A stretch of 63,756 bases of DNA, the filler included, from Folioceros fuciformis (Eukaryota), in the NCBI GenBank assembly GCA_049999805.1. It is 20 parts of 20 records of this genome, joined end to end, with 100 filler letters (N's around TTAATTAATTAA, not from the genome) between each part and the next. Parts side by side here need not be neighbours in the genome. Positions count along the whole stretch, not along the records: positions 36,017 to 38,440 come from JBNGIO010004510.1; positions 38,541 to 41,027 come from JBNGIO010004511.1; positions 41,128 to 42,442 come from JBNGIO010004512.1; positions 42,543 to 43,847 come from JBNGIO010004513.1; positions 43,948 to 45,255 come from JBNGIO010004514.1; positions 45,356 to 46,627 come from JBNGIO010004515.1; positions 46,728 to 47,931 come from JBNGIO010004516.1; positions 48,032 to 49,262 come from JBNGIO010004522.1; 12 more parts are not named here. One strand, given 5' to 3'. The translations under genes and the position numbers were made by a program. Shown piece by piece: positions 37,950 to 51,274 of the stretch (its first letter is position 1; each line of letters opens with the position of its first letter). A model generated the notes under the pieces. That model did no database searches, was not told the DNA's origin, and saw only the letters and a list, made by a program, of their open reading frames with translations.

Positions 37950-38540
37950 CTGCAACAAGTTGCAGATTAGTAGACAAGCAGGCAAGAGTGAAGCCATGCA
38001 CAATATTTCAACCGCACCCACATCCGTCTAAGTTGAGAAGTGAAGTAGAGTGAGGAAAACCACCACACACGGAACAAACTATGAACTCATACTCTCAGTC
38101 TCGGAGGGGGAGTCTGTCGATAGGCTTCTGCTGCAAAGTAGCGCAGTTATGAGCGAACTGCGAGCCACTGGCCATGACGTTCCTGGTGGCTACCATGTTG
38201 CTAAGCTTTACCTCCATCCTGCGCTCAATTTGTGCTTACTGTTGTCCACTAAGAGAGACTGATTGACTACGAATGTTTGGAGAGAGAATTTGGTCACAGA
38301 ATGGGATAGGCATGCAACAAGCTTCCTCCAAGGAAGAAGCTGTACACGCTCAGACATACAAAACTTACGAAACAAAGGGACTACGCCTATTGATGGTAGT
38401 GACGCAGCTCTCACACCCTGCGCAGAAGACTTGCGAAGGGNNNNNNNNNNNNNNNNNNNNNNNNNNNNNNNNNNNNNNNNNNNNTTAATTAATTAANNNN
38501 NNNNNNNNNNNNNNNNNNNNNNNNNNNNNNNNNNNNNNNN

Positions 38541-39795
38541 CGCCCTGGGTGTGCCAGGCTTTAGGAGCGCTGGTGTCGGCCGGAAAGGAGGAGGAGGTTG
38601 AGACGCAGGCACGTGATTGATGACTTTTGTCCTTGAGCTGTGGAGTGGATCTGGATGCCTGCCTGCTTGTCTGGGAGCGGCGTGGATCTAGTTCTGGTTG
38701 TGGCGCGGGAAGGAGGTGCTGGAGAGGGAGGATCAGGATGTCTGAGGTCCTTGTTGTCGATGCAGGCGCGCTTCCTCATTGCAGTTTACAATCTGGCGGT
38801 CACGGCACCGCAATCGTTTGAGAAGCTGCGGGAGCTGAGCGGGCCAGTGGAGGTGGACGATGGCGTCCGGAATGTCCATCAGCTTGTACATGATGTGGTC
38901 GGGGACGCCGTTCTGCCGAAACTGTTCGATCTTGATCTCTCCGGCTCGCTCTTGGCTAAAGATCGGATCAACGCCTTCGGTTTGCTGGCGCCGCCAAGCA
39001 AGGACGATGAGCGCCGGGTGAGAGCTTATGCTTTCTACTTGCAGGCTTCCCTGTTCAATCACAACTGCCTTCCCAATGCCTGCAGGTAAAAGATCACGCT
39101 GTCTTCTTTGCTATCCTCCCATGACGGAAAGGCCTTAGTNNNNNNNNNNNNNNNNNNNNNNNNNNNNNNNNNNNNNNNNNNNNNNNNNNNNNNNNNNNNN
39201 NNNNNNNNNNNNNNNNNNNNNNNNNNNNNNNNNNNNNNNCTCCTCCGCTTGTCTTCTGTCTCTACGTGTTCGGCGATTCCACTGTCCCCTCTCATCCCCT
39301 CACGTTGTCCAGATTCGACTACTTGGAGAGGCCCGGCACCAGCAACACCGACATCTCTATCAGAGCGTTGGATGACATCGACCCTGGAACAGAAGTGTGT
39401 GTCAGCTACTTCCCTATCAATTGGCCTTATGCGGCTCGGCAGAAGAAACTGTCCCAAGAGTACGGCTTCCAATGCGAATGCTCCAGGTGCCTAGTGGAGA
39501 GGAAATGGGTTGAGAACGTCAACGCAGAAGATGCGGACGAAGGCGAAGACGACGACGACGAAGATTCAGACGACGAGGACGACGTTTCCTCACCGACTGA
39601 GACAGACAAGGATATCGNNNNNNNNNNNNNNNNNNNNNNNNNNNNNNNNNNNNNNNNNNNNNNNNNNNNNNNNNNNNNNNNNNNNNNNNNNNNNNNNNNN
39701 NNNNNNNNNNNNNNNNNGAATGCAATATGTGCGGGATCATACGGAGCAACGAAGCCCTGGTAGAAGCCCTCCGACTGCACAGCATCCTGACGTGA
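38541..39795 (+). CDS. ASHR2: ASHR2-type SET/MYND histone-lysine methyltransferase, 5'-truncated; exons 38541-38608, 38766-39085, 39313-39795 (gap inside)
   Basis: PWVCQAL, QARFL, VRAY.FY..ASLFNHNCLPNACR|FDY, EVCVSYFP, YGFQCECSRC, acidic tract, ECNMCG; stop TGA 39793-39795. Confidence 0.88.
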
Positions 39796-42632
39796 TCACG
39801 GAATGCTCTCTGCTGTGCTGCTGCAACTGTAGAGTCCGCACGGATCTGGTCACAAAGCTTTGTACTTGGAGCTGCTTCCATTTGCCAGAATACGAAACTA
39901 CCGCAGGGCGTACTAGCAGGCGGGTAACGGCTCGGTGCCAGGATATGTGTGCGAGTGACGCGGCAGCACCCGTTGCGACGGTGCCGTGTAGCAAGTTCGA
40001 GCAGGAGAGAGACGTATTGGCGGTCGACCGGTCAGTGGCCAAACAAAGTGTGTGAGGCGTCTGAGAGATCAAGCTGGTTAGGTTGAAGTCACTGGTTAGG
40101 TTGCAGTGGCGAGCAACGAAAGTGCGCGACGAACGGCGAGCTGGTGGCCAGGTTTTGGACACTTGGGCGCTGACATTCCACTTGTGCAAGGGCTGGAAGA
40201 TGCACGCGAAGGGTGGAGACAATTATTTTTTTTGAGGACGAAATGGGTTTTGCCTGGAGCCACGTTCCATAGATGCTGGACTAATGTGTGGCCCAGAAAT
40301 GGTGAGGAAGGTAGAGGCCGGGCTCCAAAATATTCGCCAAGCCGAGGGTACGGACAAAAGGGCTTGGCCGACTTGGAGCTTCCGCGGGGCAGCATTTTCC
40401 GTCGACAATTCCTTGTGCTGCTGTGTGGGTGCCGAAAGAGGGCCTGCCCCGGGGCCCGCCTTCCTCCAATCATGCTCCGCCCTGAATGAAGGAGCTCCTC
40501 CTTGGCCTTCTTCCGCGTTGCCTCTGGACCGGTCGTCTGCGTTTGCCGCGGTGCCGCTGTGTATGGGTCTCGCCGCTGCCATGGCCGCTGGACAGCTTTG
40601 ACTCGGTCGTTGCCGATGCGCGGCTCTGGGACTCGGGAACTTGCTGCGCTCCCGCTCCCGGGGCCTTAGCCTTGTTGTTGAGGCGCGGGTCCTGATCTGG
40701 ACGCCTCGGAGTGGCGCAGCAGAAAGCCCGGCCCAGCCGAGCCCAGCCGACCATGCTAGTAGCGGTCTGCGGCGTACCGAGATTTGGTTACTGATTCTGG
40801 TCACAGGGAGGCCGCAGCTACTGTACCGCGATATACATGCGGACTGGGGTGCAGGGGCGGAATTCAGATCCAGGGATTTCGCTGCGTTTGTGGATTTGTG
40901 TGTTGTGAGCGGAGAGCGAGTTGGGCGGTGCAATGGCGGTCGCTGCCGGGCTTGGTGACGGCGCGTCCACGATCGTGTTGATCGGGCTTGTGGTTGGCGC
41001 CGTGGTTGTGAGTGTCGGATTGCTGCTNNNNNNNNNNNNNNNNNNNNNNNNNNNNNNNNNNNNNNNNNNNNTTAATTAATTAANNNNNNNNNNNNNNNNN
41101 NNNNNNNNNNNNNNNNNNNNNNNNNNNATGCTGCTTAGAGCCCATCCAGCCACCCCAAGCGGGATGGGCTCATGTTGCAGACCGAGCAAGCCTAAACTGC
41201 TGCTCGGAACCCTAAATTTAAAGGGGTATCGCTAATGCTGCGTTAACGTCGTCAGCTGTAATGGAATTGCTGTGAGGTCAACCTCGGATCATAGTAATTT
41301 GGAGCATAGGGACTGAATATGTGCCTTATTTTCAGGCTGCGTCGTCAATGATTTCTTGAACATATCAATACCTTGAAGCCAAGCAGGGTGACAAATCATA
41401 AACTTGCTCTACGTCATATGGGGTTCACCTTTTTCCAAGGCCATCGTATGGATCATGAAGGCCGAAGTGCCAAAATCGACATGCAGAAACAGTTGTTCGA
41501 GGCGCTTTCTCACTGTCTTTCGCAGAGCCATTTCTTCATCTCCATTCACCTTCTGTCGGACNNNNNNNNNNNNNNNNNNNNNNNNNNNNNNNNNNNNNNN
41601 NNNNNNNNNNNNNNNNNNNNNNNNNNNNNNNNNNNNNNNNNNNNNNNNNNNNNNNNNNNNNATCTCCAATCTCCCTCGGCCAAAAATTGAACTCGCGATC
41701 GCAGCCTTAAATGCGCCCATGGCGAAGAGACCGTCACATTTGGTCGCTGCGGGTTTGTCACATGACCCTGCTGCACCCCGCTCGGCGGAAAACCTGCGGC
41801 AATGCAGCCGGATTGTCCTGTAGATATCGAGACCAGCTGCAAGAGTTGTCATGTCCTCAACTAAGAGGCCAACACTGCGCCTTGCGTCATGGAAGAGCAG
41901 ATCCGCTCNNNNNNNNNNNNNNNNNNNNNNNNNNNNNNNNNNNNNNNNNNNNNNNNNNNNNNNNNNNNNNNNNNNNNNNNNNNNNNNNNNNNNNNNNNNN
42001 NNNNNNNNATGCTGCTTAGAGCCCATCCAGCCACCCCAAGCGGGATGGGCTCATGTTGCAGACCGAGCAAGCCTAAACTGCTGCTCGGAACCCTAAATTT
42101 AAAGGGGTATCGCTAATGCTGCGTTAACGTCGTCAGCTGTAATGGAATTGCTGTGAGGTCAACCTCGGATCATAGTAATTTGGAGCATAGGGACTGAATA
42201 TGTGCCTTATTTTCAGGCTGCGTCGTCAATGATTTCTTGAACATATCAATACCTTGAAGCCAAGCAGGGTGACAAATCATAAACTTGCTCTACGTCATAT
42301 GGGGTTCACCTTTTTCCAAGGCCATCGTATGGATCATGAAGGCCGAAGTGCCAAAATCGACATGCAGAAACAGTTGTTCGAGGCGCTTTCTCACTGTCTT
42401 TCGCAGAGCCATTTCTTCATCTCCATTCACCTTCTGTCGGACNNNNNNNNNNNNNNNNNNNNNNNNNNNNNNNNNNNNNNNNNNNNTTAATTAATTAANN
42501 NNNNNNNNNNNNNNNNNNNNNNNNNNNNNNNNNNNNNNNNNNATGTTACATTACGTATAATATATATTGCAACTAAGAAGGATATGACGATAGTATACAA
42601 ATCGAACTTAATAATATGGTCAATTTTTTTTT

Positions 42633-42952
42633 TTATTCCCACGGTGGCCACGTCGGCCATTGCGGGAAATCGACTGAATCGGTGTACATTGCGAAACAAT
42701 CATTAGCATATACTGCACCAGTTGTATATGGCCTGCAATTTATTGACAAAGTTTGGGTGACAGCTATGAGGCATTTAGCACATTCCTTTTGATTTGTGCA
42801 AGTTCTGGATTCTCTACACCCACCCATGTAGAGCACAAATCCAGAACATGCTCCTTGACCAATTGTGGAATAGAAGTGCCAACCTTTTTCTTTCATGTAA
42901 GTGCCTCGATATTGAACAAATTTTCGTTCTCCCCAACGCAGAGGTACTTGAC
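42633..42952 (-). CDS. DUF26/Gnk2-like cysteine-rich protein, C-terminal part (duplicated at 43528-43847 by assembly)
   Basis: GGC...ECAKCL...L...C..TTGAVYANDCFAMY matches the DUF26 C..CxxC..C..C-x-x-x-Y layout; frame open to the gap. Confidence 0.65.
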
Positions 42953-43927
42953 NNNNNNNNNNNNNNNNNNNNNNNNNNNNNNNNNNNNNNNNNNNNNNNN
43001 NNNNNNNNNNNNNNNNNNNNNNNNNNNNNNNNNNNNNNNNNNNNNNNNNNNNAATGAACTCACATATGTTGGTAATTGCAAGTTAATAAACATTTATTCC
43101 TTTTATTTCTTTTTCGAGAAGATTTGATGTTCATTCATTAATTTGTGGAGCTAAAGAGCTCATTTTTCTATGCCCTTTTTCATATCTTATATATTATTCC
43201 GGTGAACATTAAAATATCATTTAAAGTGTTAAATACTGTTTTATAATATTTAAATAATATATATACTCCTCTACCAAAGATATGAGCTAGATGCAATATA
43301 GATAATTTAACAACACACTATGGGCATTCATATTACCNNNNNNNNNNNNNNNNNNNNNNNNNNNNNNNNNNNNNNNNNNNNNNNNNNNNNNNNNNNNNNN
43401 NNNNNNNNNNNNNNNNNNNNNNNNNNNNNNNNNNNNNATGTTACATTACGTATAATATATATTGCAACTAAGAAGGATATGACGATAGTATACAAATCGA
43501 ACTTAATAATATGGTCAATTTTTTTTTTTATTCCCACGGTGGCCACGTCGGCCATTGCGGGAAATCGACTGAATCGGTGTACATTGCGAAACAATCATTA
43601 GCATATACTGCACCAGTTGTATATGGCCTGCAATTTATTGACAAAGTTTGGGTGACAGCTATGAGGCATTTAGCACATTCCTTTTGATTTGTGCAAGTTC
43701 TGGATTCTCTACACCCACCCATGTAGAGCACAAATCCAGAACATGCTCCTTGACCAATTGTGGAATAGAAGTGCCAACCTTTTTCTTTCATGTAAGTGCC
43801 TCGATATTGAACAAATTTTCGTTCTCCCCAACGCAGAGGTACTTGACNNNNNNNNNNNNNNNNNNNNNNNNNNNNNNNNNNNNNNNNNNNNTTAATTAAT
43901 TAANNNNNNNNNNNNNNNNNNNNNNNN

Positions 43928-44243
43928 NNNNNNNNNNNNNNNNNNNNGAAGGAGATATGTGATGACGACTCCCTAGGGTTTTAGAGGTTTTATATAATTT
44001 ATTAGTAAATGATAAGTTATTAGATAAATAACATATATAGATGAAAACAGGTGTACCTATTTGCTAAGAGCTGTGTCCTTAACCAAAAGGCACACCTCTA
44101 GGTAGTGTTTAAAAACAAACTTATTTTTTTTATTTTAATTAATTTAATGTATATTCTTAATAAAAAATATTCTTCTTTAATATGTAATTATTTAAGTGTA
44201 ATTGGTCTACATAACCCTTAACTAATTTCATGGTATCAAAACA
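43928..44243 (+). mobile_element. AT-rich LTR fragment with PBS-like TGGTATCA
   Basis: tttCA|TGGTATCAaa at 44229-44240. Confidence 0.45.
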
Positions 44244-45625
44244 AGTTATGTAGATTGCATCATTGAAGAAACACATAAATTTTGTGCATCACAGAATGTA
44301 CAAAATATTTATTCTATTGCATCTCTTGTTTAGAAATTAAGTTTAAATATAAANNNNNNNNNNNNNNNNNNNNNNNNNNNNNNNNNNNNNNNNNNNNNNN
44401 NNNNNNNNNNNNNNNNNNNNNNNNNNNNNNNNNNNNNNNNNNNNNNNNNNNNNCTCTAGAGCAGATGACGGTAAGGTACGTTTGTGGTGAACCCCTTATT
44501 TAAAATTTTCAGACCGAATACGCAGCATAAATTAAATATTTTTATTTTATATTAAGTATATTATAAATATATCTAAGAAGCAAACAGGTAAGAAATTTTC
44601 TTAGGAAGGGAATTCTTACTCCTCATCTTCATCAATTCTACCAATCGGAGCACAAGAAACTACATTACCATTGATTTTTTTTTCTTTCTTTTGATTATGT
44701 TTCTCACAAACCCTTTATTTTCTCTTACCTTGCTGCCCCTAAACAACTTNNNNNNNNNNNNNNNNNNNNNNNNNNNNNNNNNNNNNNNNNNNNNNNNNNN
44801 NNNNNNNNNNNNNNNNNNNNNNNNNNNNNNNNNNNNNNNNNNNNNNNNNGAAGGAGATATGTGATGACGACTCCCTAGGGTTTTAGAGGTTTTATATAAT
44901 TTATTAGTAAATGATAAGTTATTAGATAAATAACATATATAGATGAAAACAGGTGTACCTATTTGCTAAGAGCTGTGTCCTTAACCAAAAGGCACACCTC
45001 TAGGTAGTGTTTAAAAACAAACTTATTTTTTTTATTTTAATTAATTTAATGTATATTCTTAATAAAAAATATTCTTCTTTAATATGTAATTATTTAAGTG
45101 TAATTGGTCTACATAACCCTTAACTAATTTCATGGTATCAAAACAAGTTATGTAGATTGCATCATTGAAGAAACACATAAATTTTGTGCATCACAGAATG
45201 TACAAAATATTTATTCTATTGCATCTCTTGTTTAGAAATTAAGTTTAAATATAAANNNNNNNNNNNNNNNNNNNNNNNNNNNNNNNNNNNNNNNNNNNNT
45301 TAATTAATTAANNNNNNNNNNNNNNNNNNNNNNNNNNNNNNNNNNNNNNNNNNNNGCCTAGTGCTGTGTCCGGTGTTTAAACTTGGGTGTTACTATCTTG
45401 GTATATATTTTCAATTATCCAACATAACATTAGTTATATTCTACGGATACGGCTCCCGCACAAGTTGTGCATTACGAGACATGTTTGGTGGGAATTAGGG
45501 ATAAGCCTCGGAGCCCGAAGCAAGCAGGTGAGGTGAAAGTCAAGCGCGGTGAACCACCTTTCCTCAGGCAATTGCTCGTGCAAGCTGGGCTGAGTTGCGT
45601 GCTCCCACCTTCTCTCTTTCCGAGC

Positions 45626-45690
45626 CGCCTCGCCTCTGCCTCTGCCCCTGCCTCTCTTCGCCTCTGCCTCTCTGCCTCTGCCTCTCCTCG
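45626..45690. repeat. (GCCTCT)n degenerate microsatellite
   Basis: Direct inspection. Confidence 0.8.
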
Positions 45691-46942
45691 CCTGGCCCCG
45701 GCCCGCCTGCCGCGTCGCTACTCCAGCCCNNNNNNNNNNNNNNNNNNNNNNNNNNNNNNNNNNNNNNNNNNNNNNNNNNNNNNNNNNNNNNNNNNNNNNN
45801 NNNNNNNNNNNNNNNNNNNNNNNNNNNNNATCCGTCACTACCCCACACTCGCCCCTCCTGCCTCTCTTTTTCTCCGCTGTCATCTTCCTTTCCTTCCACT
45901 CCTGTCCACTTGCTGTTGCCTCCGGGTCTCTTGTCCCTCACCCACACTGCTCTGCAATTCGCACAACAGCAGATCTGGTTGCACTCTACGTCCGGAGCCC
46001 AGGTTGCCTGGCTCCTCAATTCTGCTTCTTGCCGATGTGTCTGTCTGCAGGTTTGGTCTGCTGATTGGGTTCCCGCCTCTTTTGCAGCCCGCCCTGCATC
46101 GCCTTCCCCTCTCTTTTCTGGAACAGCCCTCCGCTTTTAGTCTTCCTCGTGGGNNNNNNNNNNNNNNNNNNNNNNNNNNNNNNNNNNNNNNNNNNNNNNN
46201 NNNNNNNNNNNNNNNNNNNNNNNNNNNNNNNNNNNNNNNNNNNNNNNNNNNNNGCCTAGTGCTGTGTCCGGTGTTTAAACTTGGGTGTTACTATCTTGGT
46301 ATATATTTTCAATTATCCAACATAACATTAGTTATATTCTACGGATACGGCTCCCGCACAAGTTGTGCATTACGAGACATGTTTGGTGGGAATTAGGGAT
46401 AAGCCTCGGAGCCCGAAGCAAGCAGGTGAGGTGAAAGTCAAGCGCGGTGAACCACCTTTCCTCAGGCAATTGCTCGTGCAAGCTGGGCTGAGTTGCGTGC
46501 TCCCACCTTCTCTCTTTCCGAGCCGCCTCGCCTCTGCCTCTGCCCCTGCCTCTCTTCGCCTCTGCCTCTCTGCCTCTGCCTCTCCTCGCCTGGCCCCGGC
46601 CCGCCTGCCGCGTCGCTACTCCAGCCCNNNNNNNNNNNNNNNNNNNNNNNNNNNNNNNNNNNNNNNNNNNNTTAATTAATTAANNNNNNNNNNNNNNNNN
46701 NNNNNNNNNNNNNNNNNNNNNNNNNNNACCCTTTGATGATGCATATGTTTTACATTATTTAGTCTAGACTGATTCCTAACCATATGCCAATTTTTGTTAT
46801 GTATAACATCTAGGAAAATGCACTCCTTGTGCCTTGTTCTCCATTAACCTTGAAGGAGGCACGTACCAAGGGAGTCTTGTCAATATTTCTAGAATATGCT
46901 ATCGTGGACCGAAATTGGGTTCAAAACAATACACAACTAATC

Positions 46943-47067
46943 ATGTGTGGGAAATACGACAATACTCCTGAAAGTAAAGCTGAAGACACAAGAGAGAAGC
47001 AAAAAGCATCCAAGTATCATGGTGTAAATTTCTATCGTCGGACCAATCGCTGGGAGTCACATATTTG
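46943..47067 (+). CDS. euAP2-type AP2 domain exon fragment (duplicated at about 47778-47902)
   Basis: SKYHGVNFYRRTNRWESHIW followed by a GTGAGT donor at the conserved euAP2 intron position; start uncertain. Confidence 0.7.
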
Positions 47068-48031
47068 GTGAGTAACATATAACCTATAAAATTTTTNNNN
47101 NNNNNNNNNNNNNNNNNNNNNNNNNNNNNNNNNNNNNNNNNNNNNNNNNNNNNNNNNNNNNNNNNNNNNNNNNNNNNNNNNNNNNNNNNNNNNNNNCTTG
47201 TCGTTTTGTGACTAACTTATGGCAAGTAGTAGTGATCCATATTGCGTCAAGCATGGTAACTGCATTTGATTATTTTGATTTCTTTTATTGATTCTTGAAA
47301 AATCTTTTATGTTTTCCTAATCAGCTTTCTTTGTTGCTCTGCAATAGAAGAATGCGCACTTGTTTTTCTATTGAAAATATACAAACTTGCATGTTTTTTT
47401 TCGGATTGCTTATTAACATTTTTTTTTCTTTATTATGGATTATGATGAGTGTATGTAGATGGNNNNNNNNNNNNNNNNNNNNNNNNNNNNNNNNNNNNNN
47501 NNNNNNNNNNNNNNNNNNNNNNNNNNNNNNNNNNNNNNNNNNNNNNNNNNNNNNNNNNNNNNACCCTTTGATGATGCATATGTTTTACATTATTTAGTCT
47601 AGACTGATTCCTAACCATATGCCAATTTTTGTTATGTATAACATCTAGGAAAATGCACTCCTTGTGCCTTGTTCTCCATTAACCTTGAAGGAGGCACGTA
47701 CCAAGGGAGTCTTGTCAATATTTCTAGAATATGCTATCGTGGACCGAAATTGGGTTCAAAACAATACACAACTAATCATGTGTGGGAAATACGACAATAC
47801 TCCTGAAAGTAAAGCTGAAGACACAAGAGAGAAGCAAAAAGCATCCAAGTATCATGGTGTAAATTTCTATCGTCGGACCAATCGCTGGGAGTCACATATT
47901 TGGTGAGTAACATATAACCTATAAAATTTTTNNNNNNNNNNNNNNNNNNNNNNNNNNNNNNNNNNNNNNNNNNNNTTAATTAATTAANNNNNNNNNNNNN
48001 NNNNNNNNNNNNNNNNNNNNNNNNNNNNNNN

Positions 48032-48319
48032 CTCTTCTACTCTCAGCGGCCGATCCGACTACCATTCTTCCACGCTCAGTGGCTGATTCGACTACAGCTC
48101 TTCCACGCTCAGCAACCGATCCGACTACCATTCTTCCACGCTCAGCATACGCGTATGGGTTTACGGATTCCCCTTGCTTATTGGAGGAATGAGTATTCCT
48201 CTGCACTTGCTCCGCGGAGGAACAAGTATTCGTTTGCACTTGCTCAGCGATTAACGAATTCCTCTTGCTCATTGGAGGAACGAGTATTCCTTTGCACTTA
48301 CTCAGCGGCGGAATAAGTA
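48032..48319. repeat. 33-bp and about 36-bp tandem repeats
   Basis: ccgatccgactaccattcttccacgctcag x3; gaggaacgagtattcctttgcactt x3. Confidence 0.75.
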
Positions 48320-49677
48320 NNNNNNNNNNNNNNNNNNNNNNNNNNNNNNNNNNNNNNNNNNNNNNNNNNNNNNNNNNNNNNNNNNNNNNNNNNNNNNNNN
48401 NNNNNNNNNNNNNNNNNNNCTGCCTTCCACCATTGCAATGAATGTATAACTTCACGCTCATCACAATTCCATAGGTTGCTGCATGTGTTCTGATTATGCC
48501 AAACCACTCGTTCACTCTACTCACACTTAACCTCCTCCCTTTCAATCCTTGTTATCAGCCTAGATCGGGCCGATACCTGTGTGCTGATCTGCAACCCACA
48601 CCATAATGCACTGTTAGGGTTTACTAGCTGACCTCTGATGTCTACTAGAAGGGCATGCAGTTGCCTGCATTCTCACCTTCCGTTCCATGTTTAAGGACCC
48701 CAACTTTACTGAATGCTAGTCACATTTTGATGGCTGGCCACATGCCACGAAGAAAGACATGGCTAGTGATTTGCCATTGCTGAATGGAGAATGACTCGGT
48801 GAAGGAGGAGACGAAGAGCATGCTGTCTTCAGTTGGGTTCCCTTCCGTGTGATGGCATGGAACCCTGAAACCCTNNNNNNNNNNNNNNNNNNNNNNNNNN
48901 NNNNNNNNNNNNNNNNNNNNNNNNNNNNNNNNNNNNNNNNNNNNNNNNNNNNNNNNNNNNNNNNNNNNNNNNNNCTCTTCTACTCTCAGCGGCCGATCCG
49001 ACTACCATTCTTCCACGCTCAGTGGCTGATTCGACTACAGCTCTTCCACGCTCAGCAACCGATCCGACTACCATTCTTCCACGCTCAGCATACGCGTATG
49101 GGTTTACGGATTCCCCTTGCTTATTGGAGGAATGAGTATTCCTCTGCACTTGCTCCGCGGAGGAACAAGTATTCGTTTGCACTTGCTCAGCGATTAACGA
49201 ATTCCTCTTGCTCATTGGAGGAACGAGTATTCCTTTGCACTTACTCAGCGGCGGAATAAGTANNNNNNNNNNNNNNNNNNNNNNNNNNNNNNNNNNNNNN
49301 NNNNNNTTAATTAATTAANNNNNNNNNNNNNNNNNNNNNNNNNNNNNNNNNNNNNNNNNNNNAAGCTTTTAAGCATAGCCATTTCTGAGAGAAAAATCGA
49401 GAGTATGCCTTGTGAGTTTGGATTGGACTTGTTCGAAACATGCTATCATTCACTGTATAACTTAAGTTCTCCATATCTTGCTTAGTCATATGAATGTCAC
49501 AGGTTTATTAACCATGGAATTATCTTTGTGATTTTGATTAAGTGTTTAACGTGAAAGCCATGAGTTTGGAGTCTCTGNNNNNNNNNNNNNNNNNNNNNNN
49601 NNNNNNNNNNNNNNNNNNNNNNNNNNNNNNNNNNNNNNNNNNNNNNNNNNNNNNNNNNNNNNNNNNNNNNNNNNNNN

Positions 49678-51174
49678 TTTTGCTTAGTTATTCCTTAACG
49701 AATCGATTTTTAACTTAATTTCTAATTTTAGGTACATTGGAGTAGATGAAGAAGAAATGAGTGTTACGTCCATAATTACCTAGAAATGATGGAGAAGAAT
49801 GAAAATGCACTAAAAAGTCAACCTTGAATATTTTCTTACTCCGGCTAGGAGAATCAGAGCCAAGCAAGGAAGAAGGAGCGGCCACCTGACCAAATGAACT
49901 CGAAATGAGCTGAAACTCTCCAGATCCATTCTAGACACCCAAATGATCATTTCTTATGAAGAGTGCCAGAGAAAAATATGAGTGGAAGGCCTTCAAACAA
50001 TCAGCCCAATTTTCTACAGAAGCAAAACCGGAAAACTGGACCTGTAAGAGGTCCAGCAGCATTTCCGGCCCAACCACATGGAATAAAGCTCTGAAAATTT
50101 GTCAGGATGATCTACACTCATAGTGGAACATTTTTTATGAAGAAGTCGAAGGCTCATTCTGAAGTTTTGATGGAGAAATAATTGAAGGAATAAAGGGGAA
50201 GAAACTGACCTGAAAACAGCTCAACACCACATATTCATGTTTCCCACCCATATGAAGAAAGCATTTCTTTTTCCTTGGATACAATTTTTCTACCCTAAAA
50301 GATCATCATCACTTCCACATTTCTTCACCTTCATGCTTTGCTTTCATCATTACCTCATCTTTTACATATTTTACAAACCACTCTCATACTCCACTTTCAT
50401 TATTTTTCTTCATCTCATCATTTCACTCTTCTTTTTCTTCCCTATTTAAACACATTCTCCTCTCACTCTCAATCACCAATTCCTTNNNNNNNNNNNNNNN
50501 NNNNNNNNNNNNNNNNNNNNNNNNNNNNNNNNNNNNNNNNNNNNNNNNNNNNNNNNNNNNNNNNNNNNNNNNNNNNNNNNNNNNNACCAATTCCTTCATC
50601 CATTCCATCTTCTTTGTCTCTCCATTTCCTTTCCATTTTCTCTCCATCCTCTAGTGCATTCAACGTTTCAAGCAAGGGAGAAGAAGAAGAAGAAGGAGCC
50701 GTGAGCATCATCATCCATCCTCCACCTTGAAGCTTGCTTTCGAGATTCAAGAATCCATAACGTTTCATCCTTCATCCCCATCTCCATCTCACGGTGTAAT
50801 TCAACCTCTTTCTTTGTAATCTTGCTTAGTTTCGTGAGAATTGTTTTTAGTTAACATTTATGTTTGAACAAGGTTTATATTCTGAAATTTTATGATTGAA
50901 TAAAGAATTTCGATTCTTATGTTGTGATTCCAAAGTTGCTTATGTGTGATTGTTCGATTGAATTTGCTTGATAGAAAACTTTTATATGTTTATCTTATTT
51001 GGGTCGACACTTATAGGATTTGCATGTAATTGGTGCTAGGTTTAAGAACATGAAATCGACTTTTCGTTTTGTGTAAACTTGAATCAAAGTAGTAAAGGTT
51101 TTGGACAAAAATCGAATTCAATTGAAGAGGATTGCAATTAGGTGAACTTATTCATACTAAGTTGTACACTTGAG
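49678..51174 (+). mobile_element. Probable Gypsy (Athila-like) LTR/UTR fragment
   Basis: Non-coding; internal diverged duplication (cat..ttatgaaga); TATTTAAA followed by pyrimidine-rich then T-rich tract; family call from recollection only. Confidence 0.4.
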
Positions 51175-51274
51175 NNNNNNNNNNNNNNNNNNNNNNNNNN
51201 NNNNNNNNNNNNNNNNNNTTAATTAATTAANNNNNNNNNNNNNNNNNNNNNNNNNNNNNNNNNNNNNNNNNNNN

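Noticed and set aside
40096-40981. Long overlapping ORFs downstream of ASHR2
   Set aside because: GC-rich sequence open in several frames, no recognisable domain
41208-41216. Telomerase RNA template (AACCCTAAA)
   Set aside because: No USE/TATA Pol III promoter visible, and telo-box motifs are common
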